Part shown: positions 9,571 through 17,401 of the stretch, one piece after another
Layout: each line of letters opens with the position of its first letter
Numbering within the stretch: position 1 is the first letter of the stretch
Assembly (NCBI RefSeq): GCF_037902255.1
Contig: NZ_CP147990.1
Location: forward strand, 3,630,001-3,662,000
Reading direction: 5' to 3'
Length of the DNA: 32,000 nt
DNA from: Candidatus Electrothrix sp. GW3-4
GTDB taxonomy: Bacteria; Desulfobacterota; Desulfobulbia; Desulfobulbales; Desulfobulbaceae
Made by a program: the position numbers and the translations under genes
The notes under the pieces: generated by a model
The model's database searches: none
What the model was told of the DNA's origin: nothing
What the model saw: the letters and a program-made list of their open reading frames with translations, nothing else

Positions 9571-10395
9571 TCAACAGACTCCCGAAGGACTCCTTGCCTT
9601 TTCCTGGAGCATCACCGGAGCTTGCAGGGCCTCCGCCATCGGGATAACCCTGTGTTTCTCTGCCAACCACTTGAAGAGACGTTCGAATTCCCTGTACAGC
9701 AGCTCGCGGTCTTCCTCCTGAAAGGCCGGAAGATCATGGAGCATGATAATATCGCCGGGATGCAGTTTATTGATAATTTTTTCGCTCAACCCAGCAATAT
9801 TGCGGTTGCCCCGATCAAGGGCGCGACAGCTGTAATTTACTGCACAAAGGTTCTCCTGCTCCAAGACCTTTTGGAGACGCGGACCGGTGATCCCCACCGG
9901 AGGCCGGAAGAGCAAGGGACGGACACCGTAGCCTGCCAAGACCTCCTGGGTTGTGTGGAGATCCTCCTGAATCTTCCGGGCAGTGCGCAGCATGAGAAAA
10001 TAATCATGCTCCCAGCTATGGTTGCCGATGCTATGGCCAGCAGCCAAAATCTGCTGGATCAACTCTGGATGCGCGGCCGCCTTTTTCCCGATCACAAAAA
10101 AGGTCGCAGGCAGACGGTAATGGGCAAGGAGCTCCAGCAGAATGGGCATAACTGCGGGGGACGGTCCATCATCAAAGGTCAGGACAATCCCCTCTGTTCC
10201 CGCTTGGGCCCTGCTGATGATAGGGAGAAAAAAACTGGTCCCAGGAAAAAACGGGGCGACGAAACAGAGAAACAGGAAAACAAATGAAGGGAGGGGGACC
10301 AGAGCAGGAGCGAGAATAAGGCAGAGCAGAGCCGCCAGCAGAGCGATGATGCCGATCTTTTCGCCTTTACAAAGTTTGTCGGAGATTCTCAACAT
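9571..10395 (-). CDS. Polysaccharide deacetylase family protein (NodB homology domain), membrane-anchored, 274 aa
   Basis: NodB motifs VLTFDDGP, ATFFVIG and GHSIGNHSWEH are present. The N-terminus contains hydrophobic helices. Confidence 0.9.
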   Translation of the reverse strand: MLRISDKLCKGEKIGIIALLAALLCLILAPALVPLPSFVFLFLCFVAPFFPGTSFFLPIISRAQAGTEGIVLTFDDGPSPAVMPILLELLAHYRLPATFFVIGKKAAAHPELIQQILAAGHSIGNHSWEHDYFLMLRTARKIQEDLHTTQEVLAGYGVRPLLFRPPVGITGPRLQKVLEQENLCAVNYSCRALDRGNRNIAGLSEKIINKLHPGDIIMLHDLPAFQEEDRELLYREFERLFKWLAEKHRVIPMAEALQAPVMLQEKARSPSGVC

Positions 10396-10841
10396 CGCCT
10401 GTTACTGGAGGGAAGCAACTCTCATTGGATATACTCGATGAAGCAGAGCCATCATTCTGGCTAAATCAACTTTTAACCATCTTGCATGAAAAGTAAACAG
10501 AAAATCACTGCTGATAGGATGGAGTGTACCCAGCCCGCTATCACAGGCGAAAATCAAACCGCGCAGTGATGTGGGTTACAGGGCGGGGTCGCGAGTTCGA
10601 ATCTCAGATTCAGGGCAATAACAAACCGGGTCACGCACTACGCACGCACTCAGTCAAACACAGCAGACATATCACGGTCGATCCTGCATAACCCGCTTCA
10701 ATACTTCTCCCCCCCTTTTCCTCGTCTATTTTCCCCCATTGTGTCAACCGTGCCAACTATTGTAATATATTTGAACTGCTGGAAGTTTAAGGATTGAGAA
10801 AGGAAAAAGACACAAGGAATAATTCAACATGTTTTTTTATT

Positions 10842-11081
10842 ATGAAACGGTTTGCTCTTTATTACAAGAAAGAACGTTTATCTCATTGCAAACTTCATGG
10901 CGCAATTGAGGCTGAAAATAGTACAAACGCATTTATAAAGGCTGTTAATACCATTCGAGCAGGCGGTCTTGATCCAGATGAATTTAGGGAATTTTATATC
11001 GTCCCTGTCACCCCTGACAACTCAGTGCAATACAAAATGCAATGTTACGGATGGGACGAGAGCGGAGATTTTCCGAGATAA
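10842..11081 (+). CDS. Hypothetical small protein (79 aa from the ATG at 10842; start uncertain)
   Basis: It is the only sizeable ORF in an AT-rich gap of about 1 kb. There is no convincing RBS and no family is recognised. Confidence 0.3.
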   Translation: MKRFALYYKKERLSHCKLHGAIEAENSTNAFIKAVNTIRAGGLDPDEFREFYIVPVTPDNSVQYKMQCYGWDESGDFPR

Positions 11082-11256
11082 CAACTGATAATGAAATATC
11101 GTCGTGGACTAACGCCAGGCTGTCGGGCTTTATTTCTGTAAATGGTGTAAACAAAGCCTCTTAAAACATACTGATACAAATATAATCAGCTAGATAAGGT
11201 AGACTCACCAACCTCTCACGCCGGTAGCCCGAACTACAAGGTCAAACCCCAGCCCC

Positions 11257-11294
11257 AAACAAAAAAAACCGGGCCACGTGCGGAACGTGCCCGG
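11257..11294 (-). terminator. Rho-independent terminator downstream of the SulP gene
   Basis: CCGGGCCACG-tgcggaa-CGTGCCCGG hairpin at 11269-11294 (9 bp with one bulged C). It is followed on the minus strand by a U-run of eight (plus-strand A-run at 11261-11268). Confidence 0.6.
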
Positions 11295-11474
11295 TGAGTT
11301 GAGGCAGAACGGCCTCCCAGAAGAGATACTAAGCTCCTACCGTTCCAAGGTCCTCAAACAGCACAACATGCTGTGGTGTTTGCAACCGGAGTAGTGCGAG
11401 CCCAGCGCCAGATCACATGGACATTACCCCATCAACCTGGAAGCCGAAAAAATAATCGGAGCATCTTCCTGGCG

Positions 11475-13052
11475 CTACACAGGCGAGTAATCCTCAAACC
11501 CATCCACAGCAACGGTGTACTCAGGGTCTTCGATGATGTCGACCTGAATGAGTTTATCTGCCTTATGGATAAGTTTCCGACAATCAGGGCTGAGATGGAG
11601 CAGACTGATCTTCTTGCCTGCCTGCTCATATTTTTGGGCCAATTTATTGATGGCCTCAATACCAGAATGGTCAGCGACCCTGGATTCCCTAAAGTCGATA
11701 ATAACTTCATCAGGATCGCTTTCCACCTCAAACTTACTGTTGAACATCTGCACGGAGCCAAAGAAGAGCGGCCCGAATATCTCATAATGCTTGACCCCGT
11801 TTTCATCAATGCGCTTTCTCGCCCTGATGCGGATGGCATTTTCCCAGGCAAAGACCAGGGCGGAAACAACAACCCCGGCAAGCACTGCAATGGCCAGATC
11901 AAACAGCACGGTTAAGACCGTGACCAGGAGGATGACCAGGGCATCGGAGAGAGGGATTTTATCAAGGACACCAAAGGTACTCCAGGCAAAGGTGCCAATC
12001 ACAACCATGAACATCAAGCCAACCAGGGCCGCCACCGGAATCATCTCGATATAGGTAGCGCCAAAGAGGATGAACAGGAGCAGCGACAAGGCCGCCACAA
12101 TGCCAGAGAGCCGTCCGCGTCCGCCTGACTTGATATTAATGATACTCTGGCCGATCATTGCACAACCGCCCATGCCGCCCATAAAGCCGTTCACAATATT
12201 GGCAGCGCCCTGAGCAATACTTTCCTTATTGGCATTGCCGTGGGTATTGGTCAATTCATCAATAAGATTCAAGGTCATCAGGGACTCAATCAGGCCCACA
12301 GAGGCAATGATTGCAGCATAGGGAAAGATAAACGCGAGGGTTTCCCAGCTCAAGGGAATAACCGGGACATGAAAGACGGGTAATCCGGCCTGGATACCGG
12401 CTCCCCCTTTGGCCTGGACAAAGGACAGGACAGTTTCTGTCTCAATCCCGGTGAAGATGACCAGCAAGGCAACCGTGATAATCGCGACTAGGGCAGCTGG
12501 CACCTTGGTCGTGAACTTGGGCAGGACATAAAGGATGGTCATGGTCAGGGCAACGAGTCCAAGCATGGTATAGAGAGGTGTGCCCTGCATCCATGCGCCA
12601 TCGGTCTTGAACATCTCCAGCTGGGCCAGAAAGATAACGATGGCCAGGCCATTGACAAAGCCCATCATCACCGGATGGGGGATGAGACGAACAAACTTAC
12701 CAAAGCGGAAGACCCCGGCCAGGACCTGCAACAAGCCAACCAGCAGGAGGGTGGCGAAGAGGTATTGCAGACCAGCACCCTCGCCCCCCATCTCTGTCCC
12801 TGTTTTGACCAGGGAGACCATAACAATGGCTGTGGCACCGGTGGCACCGGAGATCATCCCGGGACGACCACCAATCACTGAGGTCACCAAGCCCATCATA
12901 AAGGCCCCGTACAGACCAACGATCGGCGATACACCGGCAATAAAGGCAAAGGCAACGGCTTCCGGGACTAAAGCTATGGCCACCGTCAGCCCGGAAAGGA
13001 CGTCGTCTTTAACTGTACCTCTTTTATGCTCTATGAACTTAAATCTCTTCAT
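11475..13052 (-). CDS. SulP-family inorganic anion transporter with a C-terminal STAS domain, 525 aa
   Basis: The N-terminus DVLSGLTVAIALVPEAVAFAFIAGVSP and the multi-TM core are typical of SulP. The C-terminus YEIFGPLFFGSV...IIDFRESRVADHSGIEAINKL is STAS-like. Confidence 0.95.
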   Translation of the reverse strand: MKRFKFIEHKRGTVKDDVLSGLTVAIALVPEAVAFAFIAGVSPIVGLYGAFMMGLVTSVIGGRPGMISGATGATAIVMVSLVKTGTEMGGEGAGLQYLFATLLLVGLLQVLAGVFRFGKFVRLIPHPVMMGFVNGLAIVIFLAQLEMFKTDGAWMQGTPLYTMLGLVALTMTILYVLPKFTTKVPAALVAIITVALLVIFTGIETETVLSFVQAKGGAGIQAGLPVFHVPVIPLSWETLAFIFPYAAIIASVGLIESLMTLNLIDELTNTHGNANKESIAQGAANIVNGFMGGMGGCAMIGQSIINIKSGGRGRLSGIVAALSLLLFILFGATYIEMIPVAALVGLMFMVVIGTFAWSTFGVLDKIPLSDALVILLVTVLTVLFDLAIAVLAGVVVSALVFAWENAIRIRARKRIDENGVKHYEIFGPLFFGSVQMFNSKFEVESDPDEVIIDFRESRVADHSGIEAINKLAQKYEQAGKKISLLHLSPDCRKLIHKADKLIQVDIIEDPEYTVAVDGFEDYSPV

Positions 13053-13396
13053 CTTTTTCTACATCCATCTCCTTCATGCGTCATATAAGCATAGACCGGC
13101 ATAAACAAGCTGAACCACTCCTGTGTTTTGAGTTTTTAAAAATACAAAAATTACTCCATCGACGTAAGGGGTTGTTTATAGCATTTATTCGGCCTCAAGG
13201 GAATGATTCTTTTTGGTGATAGGGGGAGATTTCCGGTAAGAGAAGAGCAATGAAAGAACGGAGACGCGGGAGTAGAGAGAGGAAGGCAACTGGCTGTTGA
13301 CAATACGGTTTTATTACTGGTACTGTGCCCAGAAAAGATCTACCTGTTTAGATTTATTTTTCCAGATTACCCAACCTATTCAATGTAGGAGTATTG

Positions 13397-14656
13397 ATGA
13401 AAAATTTATTTCCAGGGTACTTTAGAGAATCCCAAGAAAATCTGAGAGAAATTTGGGATTCTTGCATTTTCGTATTTGATGCAAATATCTTACTGAATTT
13501 ATATCGATACTCAGATACTACAAGAAACGAATTTTTAGGCTTACTAGAAAAGATAAAGGATAGAGTCTGGCTGCCTCATCGGGCTGCCGAAGAGTACCTG
13601 AACAACCGGTTATCAGTAATAGACCAGCAAGAACGATCATATGATTCAACGATCAAATCTATCGAAAGTCTAAAAAGTGATTTAGACAACGCTAGGCAAC
13701 ACCCTTTTGTCAGCAAGCAGACTATGAAAAAATTTGATTCTGTAGTTCACGCCTTATGCGAGGAGCTAACCCATAACAAAGAAGTGCATACTCAAAGAAT
13801 ATCAAATGACGAAATAAAAAATTCAATCTCTCAAATTTTTGAAAATAGAGTTGGCTTGCCTTTTGAAAAAGAGAAATTAGAAAAGCTAATTATTGAAGGC
13901 GAAGAGCGCTATAAACAAAAAATTCCGCCAGGATTTAAGGACGGATCGAAATCCACAGACAGCGAAGTGTTCAGCGAACGGTGCCGAAGATTTGGAGATT
14001 TAATTGTTTGGAAGCAAGTTCTAGAACATTCTATCGAAGTTGCCAAAGGCGTTGTACTTGTTACAGATGACAAAAAAGAAGACTGGTGGGAAAAATTCAA
14101 AGGTAAAACTATTGGGCCCCGCCCTGAATTGGTGAAAGAATTTAAAGAACACGCGAATAATACTTTCCATATGTATCAAGCTGACCGGTTCCTTGAGCTA
14201 GCGCGGGAAAACCTCGACGAACAAGTTAGTCAACAGATCGTTGAAGAAGTTCGTGAAGTAATGCGCCGAGACAAAATGGCTTTTCGTAAAAAACAAAAAC
14301 TTGAGAATGTTAGCCGCCAAAAAAACAAGATTAACAGAATGATGAAAGAGTTAGAACATGCTCGTTATCAACTATTAGAGCATCAACACGAAATGGTTTC
14401 ACTACAAGAGAAGGATCATATGCTGGAAACAGAAAGAATGGAGTTGCGAAAACTCAGAGAAAGTTTCCCAGATGATGAATGTGAAATTGAAATGGAGCCG
14501 TTCATACGGCATTACTCTGATTATCATTTAGTCAAAAGGCGATTAAAAGAATCAAAAGATAGGTATCAAGAGTTACAACATCGAGCCATACAGCTGGAAC
14601 ATGAACTGGCCCGACAAATGAAATACATCAAACGAGAAAATGCAGCTGCCTCGTAA
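13397..14656 (+). CDS. PIN-like domain protein (PIN_8/DUF4935-like) with a long C-terminal coiled coil, 419 aa
   Basis: ATG at 13397 with TAGGAG 5 nt upstream. N-terminal IFVFDANILLNLYRYS and later VLVTDDKKEDWW match PIN-like nuclease acidic motifs. The C-terminal ~140 aa are highly charged and heptad-like. The gene is markedly AT-rich. A possible promoter is TTGACA at 13297-13302, then 18 nt, then TACTGT. Confidence 0.75.
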   Translation: MKNLFPGYFRESQENLREIWDSCIFVFDANILLNLYRYSDTTRNEFLGLLEKIKDRVWLPHRAAEEYLNNRLSVIDQQERSYDSTIKSIESLKSDLDNARQHPFVSKQTMKKFDSVVHALCEELTHNKEVHTQRISNDEIKNSISQIFENRVGLPFEKEKLEKLIIEGEERYKQKIPPGFKDGSKSTDSEVFSERCRRFGDLIVWKQVLEHSIEVAKGVVLVTDDKKEDWWEKFKGKTIGPRPELVKEFKEHANNTFHMYQADRFLELARENLDEQVSQQIVEEVREVMRRDKMAFRKKQKLENVSRQKNKINRMMKELEHARYQLLEHQHEMVSLQEKDHMLETERMELRKLRESFPDDECEIEMEPFIRHYSDYHLVKRRLKESKDRYQELQHRAIQLEHELARQMKYIKRENAAAS

Positions 14657-14694
14657 CATTGCTGCTGACTCTGATATCCTTCACCACGCGCCTC

Positions 14695-14915
14695 ATCTCA
14701 ATCATACGTGTGGCTTTATCTCACAAGCACTTGTGAGATAATCTCGATAATGCGTATGAGATAAAGTCAATAACGTTTGTGAGATTCAAAACTGCCTACT
14801 TAGGAAGAAAAGAGATAAGCACTTGCGAGCCTCCCTCCTAACTACTTATCTCCCTCTCTCATACGTACATTCCACTGCGCCACCGCTCCCCGATAACGCG
14901 ACGAGCTTATCTCAG
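14695..14915. repeat. Cluster of at least 7 copies (both orientations) of a TTATCTCA(C/T)A / T(G/A)TGAGATAA motif, including a perfect 12+12 palindrome
   Basis: Perfect palindrome TTATCTCACAAG-ca-CTTGTGAGATAA at 14716-14741. Further copies: TATGAGATAAAG (14755-14766), TTTGTGAGATTC (14776-14787), GAGATAAGCACTTGCGAG (14812-14829), TTATCTCCCT (14846-14855) and TTATCTCAGA (14907-14916). TCATACGT recurs at about 14702 and about 14860. Confidence 0.7.
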
Positions 14916-15093
14916 AAATACCCCCCCCTTCACCTTTCCCTCCTCTTCCTCCTGATTCCCTGCCAGCCGAAGCCGCAGAGACGCAGGTTCCCGTGGCTTG
15001 CGTGCAGTTGTTTTCGCCATTCCAGCAGAGCCGGAAGCCTTCTTCCAACTGGGGAATACCATACTTGGGGCGCAGGACCCGGCTGAATGCCAT
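14912..15093 (-). pseudogene. Decayed copy 1 of the 3' end of the protoporphyrinogen-oxidase-family gene (frameshifted, ~60-bp internal deletion)
   Basis: It aligns by eye with 19165-19403. ORF 14842..15093 begins MAFSRVLRPKYGIPQLEEG, and 17 of these residues are identical to ...FSRVLRPKYGIPQLEEG of the intact gene. A second frame reads LPALLEWRKQLHASHGNLRLCGFGWQGI, against YPVLLDWRRQLHASNDNLHLCGFGWQGIG in the intact gene. Confidence 0.8.
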
Positions 15094-15154
15094 TTCTTTG
15101 AGATCTGAACAGCCCTGATCAGATTACGCCCCAGAGTTTTGAAGAAGCCTGCTC

Positions 15155-15532
15155 CTATCGTAATGTAACAAATGTCTCAAGAGGAATCCTTTCCCTTTTA
15201 CTTGCACCGATCACCTCAACCCCCTGCGTCCCGATTATCCCTTTCAGGCTGATCGCTGTCGTCCATACCGGTTCTGGATGAGGACCGGGAATAGCCTCTT
15301 TCAATCTGCCGCCGCATCCTCCTACAACTTCAATCTCCCAATATTCGGGCTGGTCATCATATTGATGGGGAACCAATTTCACGTCAACAACACCGCTGAC
15401 AAGAACTTTCCCGGTAACTATCAGTACATGAACATCATCCCAAAGAGTAACAATACCGGTATGTTCAAAATCAACGAGTCGGCAGCCTGTGGAGAGGGGT
15501 AATTCATAAAATGCCTTGATACTGTCTTTCAT
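15155..15532 (-). CDS. Hypothetical protein, 125 aa (cargo between the two gene-fragment copies)
   Basis: ORF 15155..15604 trimmed to the ATG at 15530-15532, which is preceded by AAGGAG. No family recognised (MKDSIKAFYELPLSTGCRLVDFEHTG...YWEIEVVGG...). Confidence 0.55.
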   Translation of the reverse strand: MKDSIKAFYELPLSTGCRLVDFEHTGIVTLWDDVHVLIVTGKVLVSGVVDVKLVPHQYDDQPEYWEIEVVGGCGGRLKEAIPGPHPEPVWTTAISLKGIIGTQGVEVIGASKRERIPLETFVTLR

Positions 15533-15631
15533 AGCTCTGCTCCTTGTGAAATTTTGCAGAAAAAAAAAACAACAACCATCCCTTTCCTTAAAGCAGAAAT
15601 CCACGGAGATATCAAGAATTATACTGTCCAG

Positions 15632-15730
15632 CCCCCCTTCACCTCTTCCTCCTTCTCCTCCTGATAGCCAGCCAAAGCCGCAGAGATGCAGATTCTCATT
15701 GCTTGCATGCAGTTGTCGTCGCCACTCCAG
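15632..15730 (-). pseudogene. Decayed copy 2 of the 3' end of the protoporphyrinogen-oxidase-family gene (~100 bp, same internal deletion)
   Basis: cccccttcacctcttcctccttctcctcctgatagccagccaaagccgcagagatgcagattctcattgcttgcatgcagttgtcgtcgccactccag aligns with 19176-19338 and with copy 1. The plus-strand ORFs 14823..15086 and 15516..15776 share QPKPQR(R/C)RF...LACSC.RHS. Confidence 0.75.
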
Positions 15731-15784
15731 GCAAAGAACGTCTATGAATGAGCAGGTAAGCGGCGCATTAAGCTGAAGCCAGGT

Positions 15785-16810
15785 CTACCTAATCTCTTTC
15801 CTCGCTTCAGCTGGAGTTTTCCCGGACCAGCGCTTAAAGGCCTTCCGAAACCCCCGGTCACTTGCAAAACCCAGCCGAAAGGCTATCTCATCAATACTGA
15901 GACTTTTATCGGCCAGCATGCCCATCGCATTGACATATCTGACCTCATCCAGCAGGCTCCCCGGCGTAACATCATCTGGCAGACGTCGACGTAACGTACT
16001 GATGCTCATACCCATGCTCCGAGCCAGACCGGCCACCGAGTAATCCCCCTTGATCGTATTACACATGGCAGCCCGACGGATATCTGCAATCCCGTCTGCC
16101 AAGTCCAGACCGAGTTCCTGACGCAGACGCTGCAGACGCTGCTCCAGTGAGCATCGCACTTCCTGACTCCCTCGACGATTCGAGCGTTTTTTCAGCTCCT
16201 GGGTACTGAGTACCAGGGCATTAAACGCAGCTCGAAAGCTGACCGGGACACCAAAAAAATCCCTATAGATGGCAACATCTCCCCGTGCCTTATGACGAAA
16301 CTGGACGCGGGTCAATAAGCCCTTGCCAAAGCACTCCTCTATGATTCGGGCCCCGATGCCAAGTCCGATTTCCGCCCCCATCCCCTGATCGACCTCGCTC
16401 AGCGGCTGGCTGGTACGAAAAAAGGTCTCTTTTGAAGCGGAAATCGCTTTGATTTCAAGGCGGTCAGCAAGCAAATCGCAATGATCGACAAAGAGATCCA
16501 GCATGGTCTGCGCATCAGGGGCACGAAGCAGGAGTCTCCCTGGAGTGCCGAAATAAGAGACCGGAGCAATCCCTGCCAGCTCCAGCGCTATATTTCGTTC
16601 TGGAAAATTTCTGATCAGCATTTGGAAGAAATCTTCAAAAAAGTCTTCAGGTAGATAATTTTCAGGATCCATCAGTCGACCGGGCTCGATGCCGGTTTCC
16701 TTGCTGATGTATTCTACGGACAAGCCAAGATACGCCGCAAAAAACACAGCAACGGTCCCCATGCTGCTCAGCATACGACATTCCCTAGGCGTTATACAGA
16801 ATGGCTGCAT
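15785..16810 (-). CDS. AraC-family transcriptional regulator (N-terminal ligand-binding-like domain plus C-terminal HTH_18), ~341 aa
   Basis: ORF 15785..16900 trimmed to the ATG at 16808-16810, which is preceded by GAGGAG. The C-terminus SVAGLARSMGMSISTLRRRL...IDEIAFRLGFASDRGFRKAFKRWSGKTPAEARK is a classic AraC dual HTH. Confidence 0.9.
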   Translation of the reverse strand: MQPFCITPRECRMLSSMGTVAVFFAAYLGLSVEYISKETGIEPGRLMDPENYLPEDFFEDFFQMLIRNFPERNIALELAGIAPVSYFGTPGRLLLRAPDAQTMLDLFVDHCDLLADRLEIKAISASKETFFRTSQPLSEVDQGMGAEIGLGIGARIIEECFGKGLLTRVQFRHKARGDVAIYRDFFGVPVSFRAAFNALVLSTQELKKRSNRRGSQEVRCSLEQRLQRLRQELGLDLADGIADIRRAAMCNTIKGDYSVAGLARSMGMSISTLRRRLPDDVTPGSLLDEVRYVNAMGMLADKSLSIDEIAFRLGFASDRGFRKAFKRWSGKTPAEARKEIR

Positions 16811-17401
16811 GAGTCTCTCCTCATAAACAATAGGACAAATACTTTTTAATAACGCTGCCTGAAAAGTTCCTTTTTTTGAGGCATAACAGCATGGAAGCAA
16901 AACAAAAAACGACGTACTATTTAAGTATAGAGATGATTAAAAACAAACCCGACTGTATTGCCAAGGTATATTTTCCAATCATGACCCCACGTTACTCGGG
17001 AAAATCGGAAGATAAAGATAGATAAACAAATAATCATACAAACCTATTAACCAATTTACGAAATCAAAATCTCATCAAAAAAACAAAAAAAGAGAGATAC
17101 TGGAATGATTGCCCGTGAAGCCGTAAGAATATTGATGCTCAGCCCGATCTATTTTCGTCTGACAGCTCGGCAACGCCTTGAGCTGGTCAAGGAATACTGT
17201 CAGGACATGAACAAGTTCAATATTAGCAGAGAAAAAAAATGCTGACCTCAATGTTCCGTTTTTTGCTTCATAAAGGCATGGGGGCAAAAGGATCAAATTT
17301 TCACAACAACTCACTGACGAAAAACCAGAGGGTTATTCCGCACTAACATATCAGAACAAAATAAAAAAAGCAGCAAGATAACATTACAAGAGGAGGATCA
17401 C

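Noticed and set aside
10575-10612. A possible tRNA gene, suggested by GGTCGCGAGTTCGAATCTC.
   Set aside because: Only the 5' T-stem and T-loop are tRNA-like. The 3' T-stem strand pairs for just 3 bp. No acceptor stem, D-arm or anticodon arm can be formed from the flanking sequence on either strand.
14823-15093. ORFs 14823..15086 (+) and 14842..15093 (-), and likewise 15516..15776 (+), as real protein-coding genes.
   Set aside because: They are reading frames through the decayed HemY-like 3' fragments. Their mutual similarity (QPKPQRRRF.../QPKPQRCRF...) simply reflects the DNA repeat.
17075-17314. A 79-aa minus-strand ORF and the overlapping 47-aa plus-strand ORF (17105..17248) in the AraC/hydrolase divergent region.
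   Set aside because: Neither has a convincing RBS or a recognisable family, and they overlap each other. They are mentioned only as something to check within the cargo finding.
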